Shown here one piece after another: positions 13,775-26,394 of a stretch of DNA of 64,000 nt. Below the pieces are notes generated by a model. That model ran no database searches. It saw only the letters and a program-made list of their open reading frames with translations, and had not been told where the DNA came from. The stretch lies in contig JAGIQG010000010.1 in NCBI GenBank assembly GCA_024679065.1, forward strand, positions 62,930,001-62,994,000. Reading direction: 5' to 3'. Source of the stretch: Sphyrna mokarran. Lineage: Eukaryota. Numbering within the stretch: the stretch's first letter is position 1; every line of letters begins with the position of its first letter. Position numbers and translations under genes: made by a program.

Positions 13775-14060
13775 AAGTGGCACAGTGGTATTGTCGCTGG
13801 ATTAGTAATCCAGAGAACCACGGGCAGATGGTGACGCGAATTTGGTAAAAATCTGGAATTAAAAGTCTAATGCTGGCCTTGAAACCATTGCCAATTGTCG
13901 TAAAAACCTGTCTGGTCCGCCAATATACTTTAGGGAGTGAAATCTGCTATCCTTACCTGACCTGCCTTGCATGTGACTCCAGACCCACAGCAATGTGGTT
14001 GACTCTAGTTGCCCTCAGGGATGGGCAATAAATGCTGACGCAGCAGCTGCGCCACAGCTC
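13775..14060 (+). mobile_element. SINE sharing its 3' tail with the LINE at 7635-9070
   Basis: Head GTGGCACAGTGGTATTGTCGCTGGATTAGTAATCCAGAG, core GACTCCAGACCCACAGCAATGTGGTTGACTC, tail AGGGATGGGCAATAAATGCTG. Confidence 0.8.
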
Positions 14061-14665
14061 ATCAGCGATTAAAATAATAATGTATTAACATTCTGGTTTT
14101 CAAAGATGATTTAAACGTTTCGACTTATTTGATCGTGTTGTCTCGTGCTATTTATGACTTGAATTTCAAGATGATTTATTTAAAACATTATAGCAGCCTG
14201 CGAAACGTGTTGCTGTGGTTAATACTGTATTCTATACAAAATACACATGTAAGTCGAAGGTGGGCTTTTAGTTTTTTCATTTTTATGAACAGCGGTTCTA
14301 ATCAGATGAAGGTGCGTTCGGTGTTATTGAACCACCTAATCTCCAACGCTGCCATCTTTTCTATCCTCAGAGACAACTTTTTGGACTTGGAGGCCCAATC
14401 TGTGATGAACTGCGGAGAGATTTTTTTTGTTGCAGATTTGAAGACCGAACCAGCCCGAATCTATTCACATTCTTCGCAAGTAAGGCTTTCAATGATGAGC
14501 AGAGGTGATACTTCCATCACATGTGTGTGCTTGATTCAATCTGAAGTCCTGTATGTTGGGAGATAGTTATTGACGGATTAAACCACCCAGCACCCCATTT
14601 ACCTCAAACACTGTTCTTACTGCTTTGCCATGCAGAGTACAGGATACACATACAACCGTGCGCAT

Positions 14666-14684
14666 TGCTGCCCTCTGCTGCTGA
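14666..14684 (-). promoter_or_regulatory. Candidate CTCF site
   Basis: Reverse complement reads CAGCAGCAGAGGGCAGCA, close to the CTCF core CCASYAGRKGGCRS. Confidence 0.4.
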
Positions 14685-15250
14685 ATATAAAGTTTTAACT
14701 GTGGTAACTTTACTCGCGCTCAATTCATCAGAACTAAAAGTTAAATCTGAGTTTTAATGAGAAAGAGAGAGACACCACTTACGACACATTGATAAAATAT
14801 TTAAATAATACTGGCGGTGAGTGACTTAAGATGGACTGTTTCATTTTAAATCTTATTTGAAAGTGCGGAAGAGAACACAAAAACATCCCATCACGAAACA
14901 ACATATAACTAATGATTTCAAAGGATGTAATTACCAATAAAGAGTGATTCGTTGAGATTGCACCATCTGAGCAATATCTGGGTCGTGTTGTGCGTTTGTG
15001 CAGGTCAAGCTCATTCTTACCAATTGTCTAATAGAGACGTGCGGTAGCTGCAAATATAAGAAAAAATAAATTGAAGTTATCTAAACAATATTTGAATTAT
15101 TAAAACATAATAATTGCATCGACATCATAATGGTGATTGTTTGAAGCATATATCCGGCAAATTCAGTCATGCAATGTCTAAAGGCATGTCACACATTTAA
15201 TGTCGCGCCAAGTTTATAATATGTATATGTTCACATTTTAAATTAATTTA

Positions 15251-15546
15251 CGGCGGCACAGGTGGCATTGCTGCCTCACAGCGCCAGGGACTCGGGTTCA
15301 ATTCAGACCTCGGGTCACTGTCTGTAGAGGTTACACATTCTCCCCATGTTTCCACCGGGTGCTCCGGTTTCTTCCCACAGTCCAAAGATGTGCGGGTAAG
15401 GTGTATGGGCTACGCTAAATTGACTCTGAGCGTCAGGGGATTAGCAGGGTAAATAGGTGGGGTTACAGGATTAGGGCCTGGGTGGGATTGTGATCGGTAG
15501 AGACTCAATGGATCGAATGGCCTTTTTCTGCACTGTAGTGATTTTA
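15251..15546 (+). mobile_element. tRNA-derived SINE (HE1-like)
   Basis: CTGCCTCACAGCGCCAGGGACTCGGGTTCAATTC head; CR1-like tail ATGGATCGAATGGCCTTTTTCTGCACTGTAG. Confidence 0.9.
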
Positions 15547-17655
15547 TGGTAAAGAATTCCGTCCTTTCGTAATTTAATGAATACTTTTGTCTTCGAAAGG
15601 AGAATGTAAGAAATGTGTGTTTAAAACAACCCGGGATCTGAACACAGACTTTTGGACGGCAGAGCGTCACTCCAAACTAGATTCATTTGCAACTCCAACT
15701 GAAATCCCATTCATGTTTTAAACGTAGAGCAAAGCGTTATTTCAACGCATAACTTCTAAATATCAACGCGAGTGTCCTAAATGTCAAAATGTTGCATTGT
15801 CTGTCAAAGTATCCTCAAGCATATTCATTGATGATCGTACATCACCTTGTGTTCCTTAAGCATTTCAAACTTTTGTTTTACATTTCTTCCCGGATGCAAC
15901 GTGCAAAAATACAGGTAAAGATTGAAGCCTGGGGATTACTTTGTGAATTGGCGTTGATTGAGCCCGCCCCAGTAGCACTGTCTCCCAAGTGTTGAACAGG
16001 GATATTAGCACAGGTCTGTGTGGCGGAGTTGGAGGGAAGCATGTGTCTAGTGAGGCAGTCCCTTGCTTTGTAATTATAAAACTAGCCTTGATGTCAAGGA
16101 GAGTATGTTTCGGTCCCTGTGCTGTTTTCAATCTTGTTTCAAATCTAATACATTAAATTGTATCTCCTTTAGTTCCATTCCACCCTCCCCGCCCAGTAAG
16201 TGTTCACGTCAGCCTTGATCGTGGTGTTTTCCACTTGATGTTCGCAGTTTCCCCTGAGCTTTAACTCTGCGTTCATTTTGCCCACATTTTGCCGCGCCTT
16301 CCGGTGATCCAGATTGTTACACTGAATCCTATAACACTCGCAGGGACAATACATCTCACCGCAAAGCTTTCATTTCAAACCGTTTAAAACACATCCATTG
16401 TACTGTGTGCCAAAGTGAAAAAGAAAATCCCTCTTCGACCCCGAGAGATGATTGATGGGCACAAGTTCACAAAATACAACCCCCACCCCCACCCCTACCC
16501 AGGCGTTTGGCAGAATTCATTCGGGGCGCGCTTCCCCACCGCCTCAAATAAGAGCGCATAATACTTCCACTTTTAACATATGGGTGATGTCGGTGCGACA
16601 GGGAAAGTCAGGAGGATTTTCCTCTCGAGTCTTTTAAATTTTGTCAAAGGTCAAGCAAGACGTGTCTTCTATTTATTAGGGCGTAAGCGAATGTGGGGAT
16701 AAATGCAGAGAGGTTTATGCACCATCTTATAGCGTGTCCCGAGCAAAGCTCTGTCGCTGGCAAATAAAACAGGGCTAATCAATGTGGTGAACTTAAAGGA
16801 AAGGACATTTTTATCCCCGCTGGGTGTTCCAAAGGGATTGGCTGGCTTTCTAAAAAGGAACCGCATAGGATCGATATTAAACACCAACAATTGATTTGTA
16901 TGTAATTAAAAGTTGTTTGGTTCCAAAATTTGGAACAACTTTTGTTCTCCGTCATGTGTGTTACCAACAGCAGTTAAACAATATTCCAAAACTCGCTGAA
17001 AGGCGGAAATTCAGCCATAATACATAATGTATATGAATGTATGTATCAAAAATACCCCACCATCACACATAGATTATCCTGCATTTACACACTCTTTCTG
17101 GTGTACGCTCCGAGTGTGAAATGTCTCTGTCGGTTCCTTTGTTCAAATAAAAATAAGTTTACACATTGACCTGATCAATGTGCCTCTCTCTTGTTAGGTT
17201 TCTGTAGAGAGAGGAGTGACTGAACAGGACTAGATGGCAGCATCAAGCCTATCTTTTTTCTTCATACGTATAATAGCATCATGAACAGAGCAAGGCAATG
17301 TTGACCACAAGTAAAGATCCTGCCACCTCGGAGTCAAATCATTTTTCTAGGGATTAGGTGTTTCGAATAGACGTTCAAGAGTTAGAACACATGGACTATC
17401 AGCTATCTACAATGCAGCAGAGTTTCGCAGTCGCATTGAACTTTCTGAGAAATCACTTGGTTGATTGGTGAGCAAGTATATTGTTGATTCATGGAACTCG
17501 TCGAGAAACTGCGTGTTTCCGCCTTGCCTATGCTAACTGGCCAAACAACTGGGCAAATCAGTTGTAGAATGAAAGGTGCAGAGGGGAAAAGACAGCGAAA
17601 TATAGATGTTTATCAAAACTAAAATTGCTCTTGAAAACCAAAATGATAAAATTGA

Positions 17656-17775
17656 AGAACACAGAAACTAGAAGCAGCAGTCGGCCATTCGGCCCTTCGA
17701 GCCTGCTCCGTCATTCATTTTGATCACGCTGATCATCGAATTCAATATCCTGATTCCCCCTTCATCTCATATCCC
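17656..17775 (-). mobile_element. CR1 LINE 3' end fragment
   Basis: GGCCATTCGGCCCTTCGAGCCTGCTCCG; similar to 22387-22460. Confidence 0.8.
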
Positions 17776-17844
17776 AAAAAGAACCCTGTGAACCTCTTCA
17801 TAACTTTCAGTCGAAACGGCACACACTTTTCACATCCTCACACT

Positions 17845-17915
17845 ACGGGATATTCACATGAACTTCATTGCAGTGTTAGTGTAAGCTTATCTGTGACGCG
17901 AATTAAAATAAATAA
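17845..17915 (+). mobile_element. SINE 3' tail fragment
   Basis: AACTTCATTGCAGTGTTAGTGTAAGCTTATCTGTGAC resembles tails at ~35690-35740 and (minus strand) ~23820-23870. Confidence 0.7.
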
Positions 17916-18559
17916 AAATATTACAGTGTCCCGTCTCAGTGTTTGTATCTGATTACATGGCCGACTGTAATTACTGTACTTTAAAAAATATGGTTTGTTT
18001 AAATGTTTTCGACTTGCATGGGTATCATTCTCGATAAAATAAAACGTTGAAACTGGAAATAAATACAGCAATTGCGTGCATTGTGGATGTATAAATATTT
18101 AAAAGCCTACAGAAGAGGGTTAGAAGATTAGCGTTTGTCACGATTTTTAGATTATCTGCAATGAGATTTCGGGTGGACTGTAAAGACTGATTGACTTTGA
18201 GCTGGAGGGATTCTGCAGGATGAGGTGAGAAAGTGCACATCCATGAGTAGGGATTAGAATGGATCTGCGGAGAGATTGCAGGTTCTGACACCAGCGGCGG
18301 GTCGTTACCGCTGGATCTCTGACCATTAAACGACAAATCTCCTGCTCAGTAGATCTCCACTGACTGATGCCAATCCTCGGGGATTTACAGCAGAGGGTGT
18401 CTTTAGGGAGCACTATTCAACGAGAATACGTTCACTTTAAATAAAGCCTGCGATCTGCTTTCATGCTCATGATGCTACTTGTGTTTTCTAATTAAGTTAC
18501 TAATTTTAAGGGAACCTCTTCATCCTGCGCACGTGGCTATCCAACCCACTCCTGGGTCG

Positions 18560-21330
18560 TTTGCAGTTCAGTGGCTGGTAATGGATTCGGTGAGTGCTGT
18601 GAATTGCAGTGGATGCCAGTGACATCCGCGTTCATTCTGACAACTACAAATCCCGAGATCCCTCAGTGTTGCAGAGTGAGCGGCCAATGGCTGGCAAAGG
18701 GGGCTTGGGACTGGCTGTATTTATCAGCTCTCACTCTGACCTGTCAATGTGCCACATGACCTCCCAACGCCTCTTTGTCAGAAAGTGACTTGGAAGAGCG
18801 GGTCAGTGCAAACCTCGAGTTACTAAGAGTCAAGAAATAAAAGCAGCCAGCAAGGTTACCAAGGCACTTGCTTTTATTTTCATCTTGTCAAAGCACCCCA
18901 AAAAAAGCTTGAATCCCCAAATCTCTGCTTCTCTGGTTCATCCCAACAGCGGAATTCCTGAATTTCGTGTATTTTTAAAATCAAGATATCACTAAAACGC
19001 GGACAGATATCACTGTACCGCTGAAGCTCTTGACATTTTTGAGTATGTTCGGCAGCATGATAAAAACAACTCCAAACTCAATAAGCACAGTGGAGAGGAA
19101 GAGAGAATTCCCTTTTCTCCCTCTTTACGGGTATCTCATGGCCTAGAATCACATTTATTACCAACACTTGACTTACTCAGGGATCTCCCGCAACTTGGGC
19201 GAACCTCCGCGTGAGATCGCAAGTGATCACTCGATCCCGGGTTACTAGATATTTAACGATCACGAGATAGAATTGTGTGTAAGAAGGGATTCTGGAGACC
19301 GATCCGTCTGTAAACCCTGGGGGATTGCAGAGATTGTTCAGTTGATGCCACAGTGACCGTATTTCCTGTAGTTTGTTCCATTCGCTGGAGCCTGACACTG
19401 ATCCCATTAAACTGCTCCGTGGCCACATTCGCCCATTTTCAGTCTTTTTAACACTGGTCTCGCTTTCAATCGGAAATATCCCAATGCTATGTTAAAACTC
19501 AAAATCAGCATATCATTTAGAACCCTTGTGTTGACTGCATCTTAAGCGGAAATAATGAGCGACTGTTCCGATTGTTCGAATGTATTTTAAGTAAATTGAT
19601 ACAGTGAAAACAACTCAGAGGACAAACAGAAACGAAATTGAGTCCTTGTCGTTTAAATGTTTGTTAAAGAAAGTCCTCCCTCCGAAAAGAAAAGCTTGAT
19701 GCAGAATTTGTAAAGCCTGGCAATCCTGTCAAGATGAAATCTATAAAGCCAGCTCGAAGGGATGTGATTCCTAACTTCTTTTTGTCCATGTTTGGGGGGG
19801 GGAGGGGAAGGGGATCAGTGATGGCAGAAATCATCACAGTTACAAACGCGGTTTCTCTCTTTCGCATGTCTTACCATCTCACAGGCCGTCACGGGCGATG
19901 TGGGGGGAGGCGGGGAGGGGAAACTACAGATATAAAAAATTAACAACTGTGAAGACAATCTCCTATGGCTGCTATCTGGAACCAAGCAGCCGAATCATTT
20001 CATTCCAAGCAAAGTGCAATTATGAGAGAAACGGATTTGAACTAATTATGACGGGCGCGAGATTTCAACTTTGTCATCAGCTAAGGCCCGTGATTTTTTT
20101 ATTGTCTAATTTAATCTAACATTTCTCGGTGAAGGAATACTCATAAATATAGTTCGTGCACCAACATTGAGCAGAAATGTTTGATCTGAAGTTGTCTGGG
20201 CCTTTCAGAGTGTTAACTCTGATGTGTTGAATCTAAAAATGCGCGGTCGCTATTGGAAATTGACAGTGTGCTAAGACATCCACATGTCCAATCCAATCCA
20301 ATCCTGCTTCCTCGCAGTAAGTAGCGGGGTGCGCTTTAGAAAGGCCGCTTTAAATCGTTCATATACTGTAACCGTTTGGCCTACTATTGTCATGCGATTT
20401 TATGTAACCCGCATGCGGTGTCGGGGGTGCGCGGGGGGGGGGGGGTGGAATCCTTCAATTCCTCCACCATTAAACATCGTTTCTTGTGACAAGTCTCTAA
20501 TGAGAACTTATCGCCTTAGAATTCCATTTAACAAAATGCAGAATTCGAAGGGAAACTCTAGCTGCTGGCCTGAAAAGGGTTAGCAGAAAGGTTTGAACAA
20601 ATACATATTGTTTAAAGGAGTGGACATGACAAGAGTGCAATAAGCAGCAATAAGGTTTAATGTCACTGTCTGCGCAGTCAAATAAATGGCAGCCCTGTCA
20701 CCGCAATGGAATAGCAATTGGAACGTTCAAAATGTAGAGTACAGGTAGCAAACCTACTTATCCCGTTCAATCAATGGAAGGACATCGAATCGGTTGAGAT
20801 TATTGTTACTGATTGATAAACTCTAACCAGCGATGCTGCAGTGTGAAAAACAGTTCAAGGGATAAAGCGAGACTAATCCCTCCACCTTTCCGGTAATTAC
20901 ATGCCGAATTAAATAGATTGGGGAAAGGGGGCGAAATAAGATAAAAATAAAAACAAAGTGTTTAAAAATTGTCACTCCTGTGGACTCACCGATTGCAGGG
21001 CTGCTCCGTGCACAGTAGCAGCAGCAGACTCTGAAATGTTATAGCAGATTTTCCAATCAGCCCAGCTTCACAAATGAAACGCCCTAACAAATTAAAATGA
21101 GAGTGGCCACATTTCGTATACAACGAAGTCCGGCCGAAAAAAAATCCCGTTTGCTTTATTTAAATTGGCACTCGAGTGTCTACAACAGGTCTTTGCAGAT
21201 CCCGCAGAAAGAAGGGGCTTTCTGCTTTGTTATGGAAACGAGAAATCTGTTTAAAGTGAGGAGCAGCGACGGCAGACTGGACAGCAACCTCGCATTAATA
21301 TCATGTAAAGGAAATTCGTAGCAAGAAACA
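18560..21330. promoter_or_regulatory. Cluster of putative conserved non-coding elements/enhancers
   Basis: No recognisable repeats; CpG-rich unique sequence dense in TGACA/TGTCA, TAAT, GATA and Fox-like motifs; conservation is inferred, not tested. Confidence 0.45.
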
Positions 21331-22364
21331 GAACGCATGGAAATCTTTCCTGTGTGTATTTTCGTGCGAATCTGTATTATTTCGATGTTAATGCCAGTCC
21401 TGTTTAAATTTTCTTTTGGAAACGTCATCGATGCTGTGGGTATAGCTTTAAATATTCATATAGAAAGAATGAATTCTTAAAGGAGAACGCGCGCTAGAAT
21501 TGCAGATTTATCCTTAAAGGTACGCATTCCTAATCGGAATATCTCGGACAATGTGGACATGTGTATTTTTCTTCTGCATCATATCCATTCCTTCTTGTTT
21601 GGTGTGATCCCATACATACGAATGTAAATCCAGAGCCATCAATCATCCTTAACGATCTAGTCTGGTCTCACTTTACTAAACCAGTCTCTAGAGACACAGA
21701 AAGCTTTTGCCGTGTTTCGGAGCTCCTTGCTTAAAGAAAAAAAAGGCAAACCAGACAGAGCGAGGAAAAATAAAACCTAAATCTCCAAATCAGAAGATAA
21801 CTATTACAAATGATCCAACATTGACGAATATTCCAAATCGAAACTATTACAATTGATAATTAATTTAGTAACTGGTTATATGAAGTGCGTTTACAAATCG
21901 AATTTATTTGTTTTTTAATGCTGAATAAAATCTTTATTCCTGATTGGAAAGATAAAATAATATGCTAACACGCGTTTGGATGTAACATATTCATTCGGAT
22001 GTAAGTTTGTTTCAATTAGAGTACTTTTCTGTTTAAATGATACATTTGGTAAATGTGTGTAACAATCAGTTGCAATAAGCGAAGGTGTTTGTTTTTAATC
22101 TGGTCAAACTAACCTATATTCTGCTAATAGAATGTTAAAATTACCACAGTAGAAGTTAATCTATGGTTAGAGTTTTCTTTCAAACACTCCAAAAGACATC
22201 CCTTTCTATATGTTCAAAAATCCGCTTCTTGAATGTAATATTTTCCCTAAATCTACTCAATTTACATTTGTTTGATTGGAAAAGGAGCCTGAAAAGCCAT
22301 TGCCAAAGTCTCCAGCGCCATCTAGTGTTGGTATAAATATTACGTGACTCTCTAATCAGTGCAA

Positions 22365-22800
22365 ATATAGACACTAGATGCAGGAATAGGCCATTCTGCC
22401 ATTTGAGCCTGTTCCGCCATTCATTTTGATCATGGCTGATCATCCAATTTAATATCCTGATCCCACCTTCCTCTCACATCTCTTGGTCCCTTTAGCCTCA
22501 AAAGTTATATCGATATATATTCTTCTTGAAGTTGGACAATGTTTTGGCCTTAACTACATTCTGTGGTAGTGAATTCCACACATTCACCATCCTCAGGATG
22601 AAGAAATTTCTCCTCACCTCAGTTCTAAGAAGTTTGCTTCTTATCCTCAAAGTATAGCCCCTAGTTCTGGATTCCCCTAACGTTGAGAACATTCTTTCTG
22701 AATCTAATCTGTCTAACCATGTTAGAATTTTTTATGAGTTCCCTTTTCAGTCTTCTAAATTCCAATGAATATAATTCTAACCAGTTTATTTGGTTCAAAG
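22365..22800 (-). mobile_element. CR1 LINE 3' fragment
   Basis: ORF 22498-22692 SRTRGYTLRIRSKLLRTEVRRNFF..RMVNVWNSLP is the CR1 ORF2 C-terminus; also LYSLEFRRLKRELI. Confidence 0.9.
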
Positions 22801-23310
22801 TCCAAATTGGTGGAAATTTTTGGTGAGCTGAGAACATTTCTATATATTCTGTTACACCAAGGTACACACAATCTGGACAAATGAGTAGTCTTAGATTTGC
22901 AATGAAGCAATGATGCTGATGTTTGACAGGAAAGGAAACTGCCCACAAAGATCTAGTGATTACTGTGGTATGCATTTCTCTGTCTTTGATATTAGTTTGC
23001 TTCTGCCACTAAGAAGGTCTCTAAGTATCAATCAACGGTCATGGCATCCAGTAGGGTAGGCAACCATTTTCACAGACAGCAAACTAGGAAGTGAAAGACA
23101 CTGATTTGCTTTGAATTTAGTTTTAGAAAGAGGGAAATAACTTATTGAACACAACCATTGAATAAAGGCAAAAGTTGAAAAATCATCATCACTTTAATAA
23201 ACTATATAATTATTAAGTATGTTTATTCTAAAGGAGATTCTTGACATTCTATGCATGTAACATTCATTTTCTGGGGCCTGGGAGGTTTTTCAGTCATAAT
23301 TACATGCTTA

Positions 23311-23405
23311 AATAAAACAGAAAATACTGGGAAAACTCAGCTAATTTGGCAGCATCTATAGAGAGGACAGAGTTAATGTTTTGAATCTGTAGGACTTTCT
23401 CAGAG
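23311..23405 (-). mobile_element. Penelope-like terminal fragment
   Basis: AAAACAGAAAATACTGGGAAAACTCAGC...GGCAGCATCTATAGAGAGGACAGAGTTAATG; same family as 13397 and 41561. Confidence 0.6.
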
Positions 23406-23802
23406 CTTAGTATCATGTTACAAACTTCTGGATTTCTGCATTTAACTATTTGGAATATAGTTATTCCAGAAATTATTGTCAGATTCTGACGAGCGATGAT
23501 GGGAATGCTGATGGTTTCAAATTATTTATCACCCAAGATAATTTTGAAAACTTTTGATCTTATAAGAGTTATTGGACAACTAAGTATGGATATTGCTAAT
23601 TTGTATGAATAGGATGGCATCATAGGCAGGCATACTGTAATTTATCGAAATAAACTATAGTTCTATGATCTGAGTACTGTAGACAATACTGCAATCCAAT
23701 ACTGAATGGTTGTCAACATAATTGAGGCATGCGAGCTCACACTAGACAGTAAATGGATATTCCGTGTGGCCATTCCAGTAATTCAGGTTGATGTTAAATA
23801 TT

Positions 23803-24082
23803 TAAAGCTTATTCATTTATCACAAGTAGGCTTACAGTAACATTGCAATGAAGTTACTGTGAAAATCCCTTATTTGCCACATTCAGGCACCTGTTTGGGT
23901 ACACTAAGGGCAAATTTAGCATGGCCAATGCACCCAGTCGGTACATCTTTTGGACTGTGGGATGAAACCAGAGGACCCAGAGGAAACCCATGCAGACAAG
24001 GGGAGTAACCCAAGCTGGGAATTGAACTTGGAACTTTGGCACTGTGAGACAGTAGTGCTAACCGCTGCAACACCATGTTGGC
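23803..24082 (-). mobile_element. tRNA-derived SINE
   Basis: Reverse complement of the family at 35443-35750. Confidence 0.9.
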
Positions 24083-24099
24083 ATTATTAAAAAAAGAAT

Positions 24100-24310
24100 C
24101 CAAGGAGCTCTCTCAGTGCCTTCTCCAACATTCTTCCTTTAACCAACATAATGAAAAACACATTAACTGGTTATTCATTTCATTACTGCATGATCCTGTT
24201 GTTACAACATGATTGCTAGACTTCCCTATAGAATAGCGACTGTACAGAAATAATAGATTTGATGTAAATCACAATGAGACATTTCTGGGAGAGTTGGTTA
24301 AATATCTTTT
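24100..24310 (+). mobile_element. Old Deu-domain SINE remnant
   Basis: GGAGCTCTCTCAGTGCCTTCTCCAACATTCTTCCTTTAACCAACAT...CTGGTTATTCATTTCATT resembles the Deu core and 44275-44450. Confidence 0.5.
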
Positions 24311-24459
24311 TTTATAACCCCCATATAAATCATTTTAAACCAGTTCCCAATTGATGTGGTTTCACAAAAACTGATGGTAATGAAGCAGAGATTGTCACTT
24401 TTATCAAGGTTATCTAAATTCACGCAGAGTTTAGGGTTAAAGCTCATTGCTAAGGCAAA

Positions 24460-25710
24460 CAGCAGGAACTTTTATTTATATGGTACCTTTAATAAACTGA
24501 AACAGCCAAGGTGCTTCACAGGTGTATTATTAAAAAAACACTGAGCCATATGAAGAGATATTACATGGAATTTTCCTGTCCCGCCCACCACGGGAATCAT
24601 AGCGGGGAAGGGGGGGAGGGGGGCGCAGATCCCTTGGGTGGGATCTTACGGTCTTGAGATGATCGTGGCTGGAAAGTCAAGTTATCAAATATTTGGTCAA
24701 AGAGGTAGATTTTAAGGAGTATCTTAAAGGAGGAAAGTGGGGTGAGAGACAGAGAGAAGTAGGGAGGGAATTCAACAGCATGGGGCCCAAGCACAGCTGC
24801 CAAAGGTGAAGCAATGAATACTGGGGATGCACAAGAGACCAGAATTACAGGAGCACAATTATCTCAGAGGGTTGTAGGGCTGGAAACAATTACAGTGATA
24901 GGGAGTGGTGACGCAATGGGGGGAATTGGAAATGAAGATGTTGTTTGACCAGAAACTAAAGTGGGACAGCAAGCACAGCGAATGGGACTGGCTGCAAATT
25001 AAAACATGGTCAGGGGAGTTTTGGATGACCTCAAGTTTACAAAGGGTAGAATGTGGGAGGCCAGCCAGGCCTGTGTTGGAATAGTTGAATTTAAAAATAG
25101 CTAAGGGATGAATGAGAATTTCATCAGCTGATGAGCTGAGACAAGAGCAAAGCCAAGCAATGTTACTTAGATGCAAATTGGCAGCCTTAGTGATGGCATT
25201 GGAACCTCATCTCGAGATCAAATGTGGCATCACATTTGATCGCTAGCACGAGGGGACACAGCTTTAAATTAAGGGGTGATAGTTATAGGACGGATATCAG
25301 AGGCACGTTCTTTACCCAAAGGGTGGTTCGGGAGTGGAATGCCCTGCCTGCAGCAGTTGTAGATGCGCCAAGTTTGGTGGCGTTTAAGAGGTTAGTTGAT
25401 AAGTATATGGAAGAGAAGGGAATGGTTTAGTTTGGAGGGTCATTGCTTTTTATATTGGTCGGCGCAACATCGAAGGCCCAAGGGCCTGTTCTGTGCTGTA
25501 ATGTTCTTTGTTCTATGTTCTATGCATCAATATTGTTGAGAGACTAGAGACTGCAGAGACAGTAGGTAGGGAGCAGAATCTAGTGCAGACACTGAAAACA
25601 ATATCTTAGTTCTTCTCAATATCCGATTGGTGTTGGATATCAAATGCACAGCCAGATAATCAAACGACAATGGAGAGATTGAAAGGGATGGAGGTTCATC
25701 CTGTACCTCA
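24460..25710 (-). mobile_element. L2 LINE 3' remnant interrupted by later insertions
   Basis: ORF 24859-25176 HLSNIAWL..LSSSADEILIH..NYSNTGLAGLPHSTLCKLEVIQNS matches the L2 ORF2 C-terminal region; L2-type tail near 24460-24520. Confidence 0.8.
25240..25523 (+). mobile_element. Young CR1 3' fragment nested in L2
   Basis: TRGHSFKLRGDSYRTDIRGTFFTQRVVREWNALP; TGTTCTA-type tail repeats; CpGs retained. Confidence 0.92.
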
Positions 25711-26394
25711 CCTACTCTGTTCCTCATCAAGCACTACACTGGCAGTGACTCCCAATATTATTTTTTACTCCTTGGAATTGGCATTCCTCATTTAAAGAGC
25801 TATTCTCAGAGAATAAAGTCTTTAGTAACTGAATCCTGTCTTTGTATGGCATTACTATTTTCAGGAGCATGTCAGAGAAATTAGCCATTGAAATGTTGTA
25901 AGCAGTGAGATTTAAGGTAAAAAGTGAAATTCCACCCTTTGTCTTTCAGATCAACCCAGAACTATGGAGAGTTCCTCAACATTCAGTATCCTTCAGACCA
26001 TTATCCTTGCCACACTCTGAGATCCACACTCAATGCCATGTGCTGCCTTCTGCATGCCCTCAACCTCCCCCTTCAAAAGTATCAATTCACTCTATCTAAA
26101 AGCTGTCCTGATCTTCAGTTTCATTTCAGCCTTCTTTCATTTTCTCCTTTCAGGTATGTAGGAAATTAAAAATGTAAAGAAAAGAGCAATTTCACAGATA
26201 CATTGCACAATGCTTTTTAGTGTTTTAAGACATTATCTCTGTTCAAATAAAATGTTAGGAATGTATCCATTTAATAAGCTGGACTATTGAAATGAATGTG
26301 CCTTTAATTCTTCAACAGCTCATGGATAGTGAACCTCTCCAGATTGTTCTTCCCCTTCACTTCATTTTATTCCATTCTTCTTCTATTCTTACCA

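Noticed and set aside
1-22300. Naming the neighbouring developmental gene
   Set aside because: No coding exon or enhancer that I can positively recognise; any symbol would be a guess
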